64,000 nt of DNA from Dehalococcoidia bacterium (GTDB lineage: Bacteria; Chloroflexota; Dehalococcoidia; Plut-88900), in NCBI GenBank assembly GCA_965249275.1, contig CBDFLQ010000006.1:96001-160000 (forward strand), written 5' to 3'. The stretch's first letter is position 1; every line of letters begins with the position of its first letter. Below are positions 20,605-31,421 of the stretch, piece by piece. The notes below the pieces were generated by a model. The model was given only the letters and a program-made list of their open reading frames with translations, searched no databases and was not told the origin of the DNA. The position numbers and the translations under genes were made by a program.

Positions 20605-21477
20605 ATGAGCAACATCATTTTCTCGGAATCCCCCGAGCTTAGGAAACCCAAGGTTGTTGCTGGATTTTCCGGCTGGGCCAATGCTGGCGAGGTGTCATCC
20701 GGTACTGTTGCCTATCTGAAAAGCAAGCTGAACCCCACCAAGTACGCCGAGTTTGACCCCGAACCCTTTTATGATTTCACCAACGCCCGACCTCATGGCG
20801 TCATCACCGACGGTGTAGTAAAAAGCCTGAAGTTCGTATCTAACGAGTTCTTCTACTGGGAAAACGCCAAGGGAGAGCACGACCTCATCCTATTCCTCGG
20901 CACCGAGCCCCACCTCATGTGGCGCCAGTTCTCCGAGGACTTCTTCTCCGCCTTCCAGGACAGCGACCCCGACGAGCTGATCCTCCTCGGCAGCTTCTAC
21001 GACTCAACACCCCACACCCGGGACCCCATCGTCTCCGCCGCCGTCAACGACAGTGGCATGCGCGACACGTTGGCGGAGTTCGATCTGCAGTTTACGGACT
21101 ACGAAGGGCCCACCTCCATCCACTCCGTCCTGGAGCATGCCTGCGTGGAGATGGGGATACCCAGCATTAGCCTTTGGACCGGCACTCCCCACTATCTCCC
21201 CACCGCTAATCCCAAGGCCTGGCGCGCAGTCCTGGACCGACTCCTGCCCATCCTCGGCATAGACCTCGACCTCCGAGACCTCAACCGCCGCGAAGACCGC
21301 CTCATCAAGCAGGTCGAGCAGGCTTTATCCCAGAATCCAAAGCTGCAACGCTACGTCCGCCAGCTTGAGAATGCCCTTGAGGTCAAAGAGGATGACGATT
21401 CCTTCCAGTCTGAGGAGATCATCAAGAGTTTGGAGGACTTCCTTAGGCAGCGCCAACATGACGGGCCCGAGGACTAG
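20605..21477 (+). CDS. PAC2 family protein
   Basis: GFSGWANAG, FYDF..ARP, EPHLMW, YEGPT, PHYL..NPKA. Confidence 0.88.
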   Translation: MSNIIFSESPELRKPKVVAGFSGWANAGEVSSGTVAYLKSKLNPTKYAEFDPEPFYDFTNARPHGVITDGVVKSLKFVSNEFFYWENAKGEHDLILFLGTEPHLMWRQFSEDFFSAFQDSDPDELILLGSFYDSTPHTRDPIVSAAVNDSGMRDTLAEFDLQFTDYEGPTSIHSVLEHACVEMGIPSISLWTGTPHYLPTANPKAWRAVLDRLLPILGIDLDLRDLNRREDRLIKQVEQALSQNPKLQRYVRQLENALEVKEDDDSFQSEEIIKSLEDFLRQRQHDGPED

Positions 21478-21489
21478 ACGCCGCCTGTC

Positions 21490-21813
21490 CTAAACGTACG
21501 GCCCCAGGAACCTGCCCCCTATCACGTGCAGATGCCCATGCTCTTGGCTCTGCATGGCATCATCTCCAAAATTCGACACTAGCCGAAACCCGTCCGGGCA
21601 GTACCTCATCCCCATCTCTACCGCAATCCTCCCTGCCTCCGACATGTCCTGCCAGTATTCCTCCTGGTCCATGTGTTGTTTCCGCATCACCAGCATCATC
21701 ACTGGCGCCCAGGTAAGCTTGTTGTCGAAGACTATGAAGTTCTCATCCTCGTACCGCACGTTGGACGACTCTATCCCGGAGATGATGTCACAGAAAACGC
21801 AGGAAGATGCCAT
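21490..21813 (-). CDS. HIT-domain nucleotide-binding protein
   Basis: CVFC, GFRLVSN, QSQEHGHLHVIGG. Confidence 0.9.
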   Translation of the reverse strand: MASSCVFCDIISGIESSNVRYEDENFIVFDNKLTWAPVMMLVMRKQHMDQEEYWQDMSEAGRIAVEMGMRYCPDGFRLVSNFGDDAMQSQEHGHLHVIGGRFLGPYV

Positions 21814-21859
21814 GTTAGTGATTGAGTGAAATTGGTGATCGAGAGGAGCCTAAAACCTG

Positions 21860-23269
21860 TTAACGGCGGTCTCTCATGGACTGCCCCCTGCGGGGACGCA
21901 AAACCCTGGTCTCCCCGCTCCGGTAGTCCGGGGCTTCGTCGATTCCGTAGAACATTGTTAGGCTCGGGTCAGCCAGCCGGGAGCTTATTCTCTCGTCCAT
22001 CTCGTCCAGCGCGAGCGCCGTGGTTATTACTGTCGGCAGCTTGCTGTTATAGCGGTAGTTTATGATCTGGTACAACTTTTCCTTGGCCCAGGGCGTAGCC
22101 GCCTGCTCCCCGTAGTCGTCCAAAACCAGCAAAGCAACTGTCCGTACTTTGTTGAACAGCTCGTCATATGTGATTTTCGCGTCCAGGGAATATGTGGATC
22201 GCAGGTAGTCAAGCAAGTCCGGCACAAGGATGAATAGGCCCTCTTTGCCCCGACTCCGATGGTAGTGAGCGATGGACGCAGCGAGGTGTGTCTTCCCTCG
22301 GCCCGGCGGCCCCATCAACACCATCCACCCGTCCAGCGACTCTGCGAAATTGATCGCCGCCCTGTACGCTCCTTCCAGGTTCTGCTTGGCGTCCCCGCGC
22401 AAGCCCCTCCCTCCGGGCTTAAACGACTCGAACGTCATGCCTGCTGGTAGAGCCAGACGCAGGCTGTCCATGGAACTGAGCACCGATGACCGCCGCTCCA
22501 CCTCAACTACCGTGGAAAGGGCAGGGTCCGTCAGTCGACTTTGAAGGCTTTCGTTCAAGCGGTCCAGAGGAACGTTCGTGGTCACCACCGTGGGAAGCTG
22601 GGCGTTGAACCGATGGTTCAGGACCTGGAACAGCTTTTCGGTTGCCCACGGGCTGCTTGTCTGCGCCCCAAGGTCATCAAGTATCAGCAGCGGCACGTTC
22701 CTCACTTGCTCGAACAATTCGTCGTAGGTGACCTCGCTGTTCGGGCCGAAAGTAGCCCTCAGGTGATCAAGAAGGTCCGGGACGACCATGAAGAACGTTC
22801 TGACCCGTAGGCCGATGCAATAGTTGGCTACCGCCGCCGCTATATGCGTCTTCCCGCCGCCGCTGTTTCCGGTAAGTACCAGCCAGCCCCGAGGCTCCAT
22901 CGCGTAACGCTTTGCCGCTTCGTAGGCCGCATGAAACAGCCGCCGATTGTCCTCATCGGGACTCCGGCCTTGTGGAATCAGGTTGTCGAAGGTCAGCCTT
23001 GCCAGCGGCCCGAGGTTGCTGTAGCGCTCTAGGCGCTGAGGGATTCCGGCATCCCATTGCACCTGCAGGCACCTGCAGGGCAGCGCCTTACCAAAGTCGG
23101 CGTGGCCAAAGGGAACGTCAGATGTCACCCACCCGACGCCGCCACAGATCTCGCATTCCGGGTCACCGCTGTCTTTAGTCGAATCTGCGGCGGACGAGAT
23201 GCCCGTATCTCCCCTGGAAATACCTGTCCGTATCTTCTCTTGATTTAGTATGTCCCCGATCCGTTCCAC
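21860..23269 (-). CDS. DnaC/IstB-like helicase loader with Zn finger and two tandem ATPase domains
   Basis: CEICGG..PCRC; GNSGGGKTH/LILDDLG and GPPGRGKTH/LVLDDYG. Confidence 0.85.
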   Translation of the reverse strand: MERIGDILNQEKIRTGISRGDTGISSAADSTKDSGDPECEICGGVGWVTSDVPFGHADFGKALPCRCLQVQWDAGIPQRLERYSNLGPLARLTFDNLIPQGRSPDEDNRRLFHAAYEAAKRYAMEPRGWLVLTGNSGGGKTHIAAAVANYCIGLRVRTFFMVVPDLLDHLRATFGPNSEVTYDELFEQVRNVPLLILDDLGAQTSSPWATEKLFQVLNHRFNAQLPTVVTTNVPLDRLNESLQSRLTDPALSTVVEVERRSSVLSSMDSLRLALPAGMTFESFKPGGRGLRGDAKQNLEGAYRAAINFAESLDGWMVLMGPPGRGKTHLAASIAHYHRSRGKEGLFILVPDLLDYLRSTYSLDAKITYDELFNKVRTVALLVLDDYGEQAATPWAKEKLYQIINYRYNSKLPTVITTALALDEMDERISSRLADPSLTMFYGIDEAPDYRSGETRVLRPRRGQSMRDRR

Positions 23270-23891
23270 CGCTCCTGCCTTCCGTCTTCCATTTCTTCAG
23301 AATGGCCTCGATGTATCTCCAGCTCCGAGCCTCGTACTTGACTGCTTCCTGGATCGCCTCGGCAATCCATTCTTCCGAATAACTTTCCAGGGCATCGTTG
23401 AGTTCGTCGGACACCAGAGGCGTAAGAGGCCCAATATTGTCCTCGTATAGCGAGAAGATATTGGGCCGAGCTTCACCGCCCGTAACGTCGACGGGCACCC
23501 TTCCGAAATCAATGTCTCTGCTCTGTATCCGTGTGAGGTCCCTGGCAGCCGTGGGAGTATTCAGCATATACAGTTGATTCCTCAGTCCCTCGGCCTCGAC
23601 TTCCGTCGTAATCAATATCCCCTTCTCCACCACCCCCCTCAGTCCCTTCTCCAATACCTCGACTCGTTCCGTTATGTCCTCTCCCAGACCTGGTGCCAAA
23701 GTCTTGTCTCCCAGCAGTTCCCTGAACGTCACAAAACGCGGCGACGCCTTCTTCTGTTGGAGGGCCCAGAAGACGTGCAGGACTATCTTCAGTTCTCCTG
23801 CGTCCTTGATCAACGGCATAAGCCGGGTGAAAAAGACGTTGGGGATTGCCGTCTTCTGAGAGTTTGGTTGAAAACCCTCGAACGCCGTCAT
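23175..23891 (-). CDS. DnaD-domain primosomal protein
   Basis: NIFSLYEDNIGPLTP...WIAEAIQEAV...SWRYIEAILKKW; lies between dnaB and the loader. Confidence 0.85.
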   Translation of the reverse strand: MTAFEGFQPNSQKTAIPNVFFTRLMPLIKDAGELKIVLHVFWALQQKKASPRFVTFRELLGDKTLAPGLGEDITERVEVLEKGLRGVVEKGILITTEVEAEGLRNQLYMLNTPTAARDLTRIQSRDIDFGRVPVDVTGGEARPNIFSLYEDNIGPLTPLVSDELNDALESYSEEWIAEAIQEAVKYEARSWRYIEAILKKWKTEGRSGGTDRGHTKSREDTDRYFQGRYGHLVRRRFD

Positions 23892-23898
23892 CGGACGT

Positions 23899-25254
23899 CT
23901 ATGCCACGCCTACCGGTAAGGGCTCGAACTTCGCGAGATGGTCGATAAACCGCAGCTGTACTGTGCCCGTAGGCCCGTTCCTGTGCTTCCCGACTATGAT
24001 GTCCGCTATCCCCTTCGGATACATCTGGTCGGGGAAGAGCTTGGCCCACTGATCCTCGGTGTAGTATCGGTCTCCCTTGTAAATGAACATCACCACGTCC
24101 GCATCCTGTTCGATGCTCCCACTTTCCCGCAGATCCGAAAGCATGGGCCGGTGGTCATTACGCAGCTCCGGCGCTCGGCTGAGCTGCGATAACGCCAGTA
24201 GGGGCACGTCTAGGTCCCTCGCCAGCAGCTTCAGAGACCTGGATATCTCGCTCATCTCCGCCACGTTATTGTCACCCCGTTGAAGCATCAAACCTATGTA
24301 GTCCACGATGATCAGATCAACGGGGTATTCCAGGTGCAGCCGTTTCGCCTTGCTGCGAAGCTCAACGATGTTCAGCAAGGCCGAGTCGTCTATGTAGATC
24401 GGAGCCTGGGCCAGCTTACCCGTCGCCTCGATGACGTTGGCCTCTTCGTCCGCCGTGAACTCCCCAAGCCTGAACTTCCGAGTATCGACCCCCGACTCAC
24501 TCGAAAGCAGACGCTGCACCACCTGCTGCTTACCCATCTCCAGGCTGAATACCGCCACCCGAGCCCCCTGCTCCAATGCCGCCGTGCGGGCAATGTTTAG
24601 CGCCAGGCTGCTCTTCCCCAGGCTGGGCCTCGCTGCCAGTATGATCAGATCCGAACGGTGCAGACCACCCAGCAGTGTGTCCAGGTTGTGGAAACCCGTC
24701 AAAGCCACTGACAGGGGCTCTGCCTCGGCATCGGGCCCGAACCCGCTCTCGTCGAGGTATTGGTCCAGGATTTCCCGGATGTGGACGAAGTCCCGAGATC
24801 CCTGCCCGCTCCTAAGTTGGAACAGGATATCCTCGGCCTTGCTGAGCGCCTCATCTTCGTCAGGGCCCGCTTCATACCCGATCTTGGATATCTGGCCGGC
24901 CGACTCGATAATCCGGCGCATCATCGCCATCCGGTGAACGATCCGGGCGTAATGCTCAATGTGCGCCGACGTCGGCACCACCGAGATCAGTTGACTCAGG
25001 TACGCCGCCCCGCCTGCATTGGTCAGTCTCTCCAGCCGTGACAGCTCATTCTCCACCGAGACCTGGTCAATCGCCACCCCACGGTCGTACAACCCTATGC
25101 AGGCCTGATAGCACCACCGGTTCGACTCCCGGTAGAAATCCTCGGGATTCAGAATAGGCGCGACCTCCGGCATCGCATCGCCGTTAATCAGCAGCGACCC
25201 TAAGACCGAGTCCTCCGCATCTATATCGTGTGGTGGCAGTCTTTCCGCGTACAT
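23899..25254 (-). CDS. dnaB: Replicative DNA helicase
   Basis: PPHDIDAE, AARPSLGKS, FSLEM, LSQLSR, SDLRESGSIEQDAD, KHRNGPTG. Confidence 0.97.
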   Translation of the reverse strand: MYAERLPPHDIDAEDSVLGSLLINGDAMPEVAPILNPEDFYRESNRWCYQACIGLYDRGVAIDQVSVENELSRLERLTNAGGAAYLSQLISVVPTSAHIEHYARIVHRMAMMRRIIESAGQISKIGYEAGPDEDEALSKAEDILFQLRSGQGSRDFVHIREILDQYLDESGFGPDAEAEPLSVALTGFHNLDTLLGGLHRSDLIILAARPSLGKSSLALNIARTAALEQGARVAVFSLEMGKQQVVQRLLSSESGVDTRKFRLGEFTADEEANVIEATGKLAQAPIYIDDSALLNIVELRSKAKRLHLEYPVDLIIVDYIGLMLQRGDNNVAEMSEISRSLKLLARDLDVPLLALSQLSRAPELRNDHRPMLSDLRESGSIEQDADVVMFIYKGDRYYTEDQWAKLFPDQMYPKGIADIIVGKHRNGPTGTVQLRFIDHLAKFEPLPVGVA

Positions 25255-25291
25255 CTATCCCTGATGTCGTTTGGGCGCTTAAGGCCCGAGA

Positions 25292-26494
25292 CTATTCGGA
25301 TTCGTCGGATTGCTCGGACGGCATCCTTCGCTTGGCCCGCCGGACCGCAGCTGCCGCAGCCGATTCCTTGCCTGCCGCAGACCTTCTTTGTGTTGCGGCA
25401 GCCTCACCCTCTTCCTCCGACTCCTCCGCCTCGGCAGAATCATCCTCTGCGGCGGCACTCTCCTCCGCTGTCGATTCGTCTGCAGTTTCCTCGGCTACCG
25501 GTTCTTCGGCCACTTCCACCTCGGCCTCAGCGACAGACGTTTCTTCCGCCACGGGGGCCTCTTCCTCTACCTCAGCTACTGGAGCTTCTTCTGCCACCGC
25601 CACTGCGGCTTCTTCTTCCATCTCAGCAACAGGAGTCTCTTCCTCTGCCTCTGCTACTGGAGCCTCCGCCGCCATTTCCGCCACAGGGGCTTCTTCTTCC
25701 ATCTCAGCAACAGGTGTCACTTCCTCTACCACTGCTACTGGAGCCTCTTCTATCTCCGCCACGGGGGCTTCCTCTTCCACTTCAGCAACAGGGGCCTCTT
25801 CTTCTACCTCAGCTACTGGAGCTTCTTCAATCTCCGCCGCCGGGGCTACTTCTTCCATCTCCGCAACAGGAGGTTCTTCCACCTCAGCAACAGGAGCCTC
25901 TTCGACTACTTCAGCCACCACCGCCTCTTCCTGCACCTCAGCTACAGGTGCTGTTTCCGTCGTCTCCTCAACAGCCGGCGCCGACACACTCGCCGTTTCC
26001 CTACTCTTAGGTGTTCTCGCCTTTCGCTTGACCGCTGGCTTTGCAGGCGCAGCCTCGACAACCTGTACGGTCACCACGGGTTCAACCTCTTCAGCCAGCC
26101 TGAAAGTGACCTGATAGTCGCCTACGGCCTTAATTGGCTCTGCCAGATCAAGATCCCGTGCCTCGATCTTTTCTCCCGTAGCCTCGGCAATCGCCTCTGC
26201 AACCCTCGCCGACGATACCGACCCGTACAATCGACCCGTAGGCCCGCTCCTCGCTTCGATGATGACCGTCAGGCCCTCCAGCTTGGGTGCAAGCTGTGCT
26301 GCCCGTGCCCCAGAAATACCGTGCCGCAGAGCCTCGGCTCGCTTCAGGGCATCTACTCTTCGCAGCTGGTCCGGGGTGGCCAGCACTGCTAGGTCCTTCG
26401 GGAACAGGTAGTTCCGCGCGAACCCGTTTTTCACTTCTTTTACGTCACCCGTTTTGGCGACATTCTCGACTTCTTCCAGGAATATAACTCTCAC
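25292..26494 (-). CDS. rplI: 50S ribosomal protein L9 with a long acidic repetitive tail
   Basis: MRVIFLEEV...VKNGFARNYLFP, RLYGSV; about 250 extra aa with EEEAPVAE repeats. Confidence 0.9.
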   Translation of the reverse strand: MRVIFLEEVENVAKTGDVKEVKNGFARNYLFPKDLAVLATPDQLRRVDALKRAEALRHGISGARAAQLAPKLEGLTVIIEARSGPTGRLYGSVSSARVAEAIAEATGEKIEARDLDLAEPIKAVGDYQVTFRLAEEVEPVVTVQVVEAAPAKPAVKRKARTPKSRETASVSAPAVEETTETAPVAEVQEEAVVAEVVEEAPVAEVEEPPVAEMEEVAPAAEIEEAPVAEVEEEAPVAEVEEEAPVAEIEEAPVAVVEEVTPVAEMEEEAPVAEMAAEAPVAEAEEETPVAEMEEEAAVAVAEEAPVAEVEEEAPVAEETSVAEAEVEVAEEPVAEETADESTAEESAAAEDDSAEAEESEEEGEAAATQRRSAAGKESAAAAAVRRAKRRMPSEQSDESE

Positions 26495-26609
26495 TTCGAA
26501 CCCGAACCTTTCTATCGACGCTTATTTGGCGATGTTGATTGGGCATTCAGCCCAAGGCAATTATATACTGCTGGCTGGGCGGGACAAGAACGTCAGCAAG
26601 AAAAACATA

Positions 26610-28808
26610 CTATCCCGTGGCATCCGACAGACCGTTTCTCCAAACCCGCTCTACTTCCTTTAACGGTAGGTCTATGTAATTCCCTATCGTCAGCCGGTCT
26701 CCCCCCACCACCCCCAGCTCCGTAACCGTCACCCCCGACTCCTCCGCCATCTTCCCCACTCCTTCAACGTCCCCCGAAGCAATCGATACTACTATACGGG
26801 ACTGCATCTCCCCGAAAAGCGCTGCATCCCACCGCCCCTCCACCCCAATCTCCCCGTTGAACCCGACCTGTCCACGCACTGCACACAATGCCAGGGCAAC
26901 CCCCAGCCCACCCATCGAGCAATCGTGCGCCGAACGAAGGAGGCCCTTTTCTATAAGTGAGATGCAAAGGTCTTGTACCCGTTTCTCAATTTCCAAGTTT
27001 ATCGATGGTTTTCCGGCAACAGTCCCGTGCATGACCTCTAGGTACTCGCTTCCACCCAGTCCGTCGGCAGTTGGTGGCGTGCCCAAAAGCAGCACCTCGT
27101 CCCCCGGCTCTTGGAATCCCATCCGGCAGCCGAGGGAAACGTCTTCCAGGAGACCAAGCACACCGGCCACCGGGGTCGGGTAAATCGGCTCGTTCATCGT
27201 TTCGTTGTAAAGGCTGACGTTGCCGCTTATCACCGGAATGCCGAAGGTATTGCAGGCCTCAGTCATACCTTTGATGCACTGCTCCAGCTGGTAGTACACC
27301 TCCGGCTTCTCCGGGTTTCCGAAGTTGAGACAGTCGGTCACCGCTATCGCCCGTGCCCCGACACACGCCACGTTCCTGGCCGCCTCCGCCACCGCTATCG
27401 CACCCCCTGCATATGGGTCAAGGTAGCAGTATCGCCCGTTCCCGTCCGTCGAGAGAGCAATGGCCTTCCGAGTCCCCTTTATTCGTAGCAGCGCAGCGTC
27501 TCCGCCGGGCGGCACTACGGTGTTGGTCATCACCTGGTGGTCATATTGCCTGTACACTGACTCCTTGCTAGCCACATTCGGCGAGGCCAGCAGCCGAAGC
27601 AAGACCTCATCCGGCAATGAGTCCGGCATTGGCAATGAATCAAAGTCGAACTCCTGAAGCTCCGTTAGCCCCTCCGGCTTGGTGGCTTCAATCGTGTATA
27701 GCGGAGGGTTCGTCAGCACTCCAACCGGCAGATCAGAGACCAGTATTCCTTCATCCCTCACCTTGACCCGACCATCATCCGTGACCTTCCCAATGACATC
27801 GGAGTGAAGGTCCCACTTTTCGGTTATCTCGTCGACTTCTGCTTTCCTATCCGGGGTCACGACGAGCAGCATCCTCTCCTGCGATTCGGAGAGCATGACT
27901 TCGTAGGGAGTCATGCCTTCCTCGCGTCTCGGCACCCGTGCCACGTCTATATCGACACCGCTCCCCGCCCGACCCGCACTCTCAACCACCGAGCTGGTCA
28001 ATCCCGCTGCCCCTAGGTCCGCAAGCCCCACCAGCAGTCCCGCCTCCGATAGCTCCAGGCACGCCTCGATCAAAACCTTTTCCAGGAACGGGTTTCCCAC
28101 TTGGACCGTGGGCCTAAGCTCCCTCTCCTCCTCGAAAGTCCGGGACGCCAGCCCCGAGGCTCCATGAATTCCGTCCCTCCCCGTGTCCGCACCGACCAGA
28201 ATTAGCAGATTGCCGGTGCCCTCTGCCCGTGCCTTCAACAGCCCCTCACTCCGCACAATTCCTACACACATTGCATTCACCAACGGGTTCCCCGAATACG
28301 TCGGTGAAAACACCACCTCACCCCCGACGTTCGGTATCCCGAGACAGTTGCCATACCCGCTTATACCGCTCACCACACCGTTGAACAGGTATCGGTTCCG
28401 CGCCGAGTCCAGGGGCCCGAATCGAAGAGAATTCATAAGGGCGATTGGCCTTGCCCCCATCGTGAATATATCCCTAACTATGCCCCCCACCCCCGTCGCC
28501 GCCCCCTCGTACGGCTCGATGGCCGAGGGATGGTTATGAGACTCGATTTTCATCACCACCGCCAACCCGTCTCCAATATCGACGGCGCCCGCGTTTTCCG
28601 CACCCGGCTCCACCAGCACCCTTTCACCACCCGATGGGAACATCCTCAGCAATGGTTTGGAGTGCTTGTAACTGCAATGCTCACTCCAAAGAGAACCGAT
28701 AATCCCCAGTTCGACCAGGTTAGGCTCTCTCCCGAGTTTATCCACGGCCAACGCATACTCCTCGGGGGAGATGGCAAGCTGGTCAAGGGCCTCGGAGGAC
28801 ACGTTCAT
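26610..28808 (-). CDS. purL: Phosphoribosylformylglycinamidine synthase subunit PurL
   Basis: [31 protein letters not shown]. Confidence 0.97.
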   Translation of the reverse strand: MNVSSEALDQLAISPEEYALAVDKLGREPNLVELGIIGSLWSEHCSYKHSKPLLRMFPSGGERVLVEPGAENAGAVDIGDGLAVVMKIESHNHPSAIEPYEGAATGVGGIVRDIFTMGARPIALMNSLRFGPLDSARNRYLFNGVVSGISGYGNCLGIPNVGGEVVFSPTYSGNPLVNAMCVGIVRSEGLLKARAEGTGNLLILVGADTGRDGIHGASGLASRTFEEERELRPTVQVGNPFLEKVLIEACLELSEAGLLVGLADLGAAGLTSSVVESAGRAGSGVDIDVARVPRREEGMTPYEVMLSESQERMLLVVTPDRKAEVDEITEKWDLHSDVIGKVTDDGRVKVRDEGILVSDLPVGVLTNPPLYTIEATKPEGLTELQEFDFDSLPMPDSLPDEVLLRLLASPNVASKESVYRQYDHQVMTNTVVPPGGDAALLRIKGTRKAIALSTDGNGRYCYLDPYAGGAIAVAEAARNVACVGARAIAVTDCLNFGNPEKPEVYYQLEQCIKGMTEACNTFGIPVISGNVSLYNETMNEPIYPTPVAGVLGLLEDVSLGCRMGFQEPGDEVLLLGTPPTADGLGGSEYLEVMHGTVAGKPSINLEIEKRVQDLCISLIEKGLLRSAHDCSMGGLGVALALCAVRGQVGFNGEIGVEGRWDAALFGEMQSRIVVSIASGDVEGVGKMAEESGVTVTELGVVGGDRLTIGNYIDLPLKEVERVWRNGLSDATG

Positions 28809-28843
28809 CCTAGGCTTCCCTCGACCCGTGCTTCAGATTTCTG

Positions 28844-29704
28844 TCAGTAAGGATCGGCAAACAGCACCCCCACGGCAATGGCGTTGTTCAATAAGTGGAC
28901 GAGCATCGGAGCCCACAGCGCCCTCGTCCTATGATATAGCCATGCGAGCAGTAGGCCCAAGACGAAGAGCGGTGGAAACCTCAGCGGTTCAAGGTGCGCC
29001 CCCATGAAGAGCAGGGAGCTAATACCTGCTGCCCATATCGGCCCCCACCGACCCGACAACCCTGCAAACACGAATCCCCTGAAAAACAGCTCCTCTGCGA
29101 ACGGCGCGACCGCAACGGCCAAAATGGCAAGCCCTATGAGGTACTCCGTACCGCCCTCTAGGAAGGGAGTCGGGGACAAGTTGTCCGTGTCGACACCCGT
29201 CGCCTCCAGGATCAGGTAATAGACTGCCTGCACCACCAACTCGGCAATAAGAACGACTATCCCCCACCCCACATCCCGAAGAGCGGGTTTTCGCCAGAAT
29301 CCCAGCGCGCTCCAACGTACCCGTCGTCGAGACACAGCAAAGAACCAGACCGTAACCGGCAGTGCTAGCTGCGCAAGCAGCATCCCCACCAGCAGGGGAA
29401 CCCCCGTGTACTCTATTTCCGCCACCCTCGTTACCACCAGGACAATTGCGAAGATAGATATAGCCTGGATGATGTAGAAGCCCGTGCCCAGCGCCACATC
29501 CCCAACTCCCCACGCCACCCTTCTCCCCGGCCCCTGGGGTTCAGTCGCTGCAGATCCGACCGATGTCTCGGTTACGACAGGAGGGATATGGGCCCCGCAC
29601 CGGGTGCAAAATTGCCAATCGGGCTGTAAGCGCTGTCCGCAGGTGCTGCAGAACACAGGTGGGGGATGGGAAGTTTGCGCGGAAGGTTCGTCGGAGGAGT
29701 ACAT
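28844..29704 (-). CDS. CPBP (Abi/CAAX) intramembrane metalloprotease with N-terminal zinc ribbon
   Basis: FCSTCG..FCTRCG; APFAEELFFRG, FMGAH, HLLNN. Confidence 0.88.
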   Translation of the reverse strand: MYSSDEPSAQTSHPPPVFCSTCGQRLQPDWQFCTRCGAHIPPVVTETSVGSAATEPQGPGRRVAWGVGDVALGTGFYIIQAISIFAIVLVVTRVAEIEYTGVPLLVGMLLAQLALPVTVWFFAVSRRRVRWSALGFWRKPALRDVGWGIVVLIAELVVQAVYYLILEATGVDTDNLSPTPFLEGGTEYLIGLAILAVAVAPFAEELFFRGFVFAGLSGRWGPIWAAGISSLLFMGAHLEPLRFPPLFVLGLLLAWLYHRTRALWAPMLVHLLNNAIAVGVLFADPY

Positions 29705-29763
29705 CGGGCGAATTTCCTACTCTGTACCGCGTCGTGCGGGAAGCAAGAGAGAAGAGAGGAGAA

Positions 29764-30459
29764 TCATCGACGCACGGCAGCCCCGACTATCGACTCGAAG
29801 ATATACAGCCCATCCGTTCCCCCGAGCACCGGTTCGCAGCAACGTTCAGGGTGTGGCATCATCCCCAGAACGTTCCCTTCTCGATTCATGATTCCCGCAA
29901 TCCCATTCAACGAGCCATTGGGATTCGCTTCCGGGCTTACGGCGCCATCCTCTGCGCAATAGCGGAACAGGACGCGGCCTTCTTCGTCCAGTGTGCTCAG
30001 CATAACGTCATCGGCGTAGTAGCGGCCCTCTCCGTGAGAGATTGGCACCCGAAGCCTCTGCCCCGACTCGCAGTGCCCCGTAAACACCGACTCCGAGTTA
30101 TCCACCCTTAGATTCACCCATTCGCACCGAAACTCCAGGCTGTCGTTTCTCAACAGCGCTCCCGGCAGAAGCCCTGCTTCACAAAGGACCTGAAAGCCGT
30201 TGCATATCCCAATCACCAGGCCCCCGCGTCCGGCAAAATCAACCACAGCCTCCATCACAGGAGAAAACCGCGCGATAGCCCCGCATCTCAAATAGTCGCC
30301 ATACGAAAAACCGCCCGGCAGAACTACGCAGTCATAGGACGACAGGTCCGTATCCTTGTGCCAGACGTAGCTGACCTCTTGACCAAGCACTTCATCCAGT
30401 ACGTGGTAACAATCGACATCGCTCCACGTCCCCGGAAATACAACTACTCCAAATCTCAT
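29764..30459 (-). CDS. purQ: FGAM synthase glutaminase subunit PurQ
   Basis: [30 protein letters not shown]. Confidence 0.97.
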   Translation of the reverse strand: MRFGVVVFPGTWSDVDCYHVLDEVLGQEVSYVWHKDTDLSSYDCVVLPGGFSYGDYLRCGAIARFSPVMEAVVDFAGRGGLVIGICNGFQVLCEAGLLPGALLRNDSLEFRCEWVNLRVDNSESVFTGHCESGQRLRVPISHGEGRYYADDVMLSTLDEEGRVLFRYCAEDGAVSPEANPNGSLNGIAGIMNREGNVLGMMPHPERCCEPVLGGTDGLYIFESIVGAAVRR

Positions 30460-30471
30460 CGCCGATCCTGT

Positions 30472-30509
30472 CCCCTCTCCCTCGATGGGAGAGGGCTAGG
30501 GTGAGGGTG
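30472..30509. repeat. REP-like family B (CCCTCTCCC..GGGAGAGGG..GGGTGAGGGT)
   Basis: Related copies at about 32727-32766, 45348-45387, 45603-45643 and 52011-52059. Confidence 0.8.
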
Positions 30510-30554
30510 TTCCTGGATCTTCAACAACTCTCCTGCCCCAAAACGCCACTTGCA

Positions 30555-30600
30555 AACTAAAGCCCGGTTCCTTGATTAATCATAACCCAGGACCGGGCCC
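30555..30600 (-). terminator. Rho-independent terminator after yqeY
   Basis: Minus strand GCCCGGTCCTG...GGAACCGGGC followed by TTTAGTTT. Confidence 0.6.
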
Positions 30601-30623
30601 CGTGACCCCATATATGCCTATGC

Positions 30624-31079
30624 TCAATCTGATTTCCCGGCCAGCAACTCTCCTACTATCTGGCTTACCAGCTTCCCGTCCGCCTTGCCCTTCACCTGAG
30701 GCATAAGCTTCCCCATCACCTTACCTCTATCGCCAGCCCCCCCGGCGCCGGTTTCCTCTATCACCGAACGTGCGATCTCAGTGATCTCCTCGGCGCTGAG
30801 CTGCTGGGGCAGGTAGCTGGAGATAAGAGCCAGCTCAGCCTCTTCCTTTTCCACCAGGTCGGGCCTATTGCCCTTCTGGAAAGCATCAATGCTCTCCCTC
30901 CGCCGTTTCGCCTCTCGAGACAGGATTTGAATCACGCCATCATCACCCAGGGCCTTTCCCAGGGACTTCTCCTCGGCCTGCAGACTGGCCTTAATAAGAC
31001 GTAAGGCGGAGCGCCGTAATTCATCCTTACTGCGCACCGCCTTAAGCAGGTCGGCGTCTAGTTGTTCTCGTAGAGACAT
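30624..31079 (-). CDS. yqeY: GatB/YqeY domain protein
   Basis: REAKRRRESI...YLPQQLS...GKVMG...GKADG; follows rpsU. Confidence 0.92.
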   Translation of the reverse strand: MSLREQLDADLLKAVRSKDELRRSALRLIKASLQAEEKSLGKALGDDGVIQILSREAKRRRESIDAFQKGNRPDLVEKEEAELALISSYLPQQLSAEEITEIARSVIEETGAGGAGDRGKVMGKLMPQVKGKADGKLVSQIVGELLAGKSD

Positions 31080-31106
31080 CAGCCCATCCGGTTACGGGAC
31101 CCGGGG

Positions 31107-31292
31107 CTACCTTCGCGCGGTACGCCGTTTCCGGGCTGCCGCTGCGATTTTCTTCTTCCGCTTGATGCTTGGCTTTTCGTAGTATTCACGACGCCTGGCC
31201 TCGGAAAGTATGCCGTTCTGCTGCACTTTCTTATTGAACCGCTTCAGCAGACTTTCGAAGTTTTCGTCTCGCCCCAACTTTACCTCGGACAA
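31107..31292 (-). CDS. rpsU: 30S ribosomal protein S21
   Basis: [10 protein letters not shown]...[10 protein letters not shown]. Confidence 0.95.
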   Translation of the reverse strand: MSEVKLGRDENFESLLKRFNKKVQQNGILSEARRREYYEKPSIKRKKKIAAAARKRRTARR

Positions 31293-31421
31293 ACTGGAAG
31301 CCTCCCACCTGTGCTATCTAATCGATACCGGATTAACTATAGAAACGGATTCTGATTATATGGACGCCCCAATTGAGTGTCAACAAAACCCCTCCAGAAT
31401 CTCCCCAACCCTCCTCACCCC

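Noticed and set aside
25500-25960. Tandem 27-30 bp repeats as a CRISPR array
   Set aside because: In-frame coding repeats with no unique spacers; no cas genes in the window.
25228-26392. Long plus-strand Ser/Ala/Thr-, Pro/Leu- and Phe/His-rich ORFs
   Set aside because: Antisense shadows of the repetitive rplI tail.
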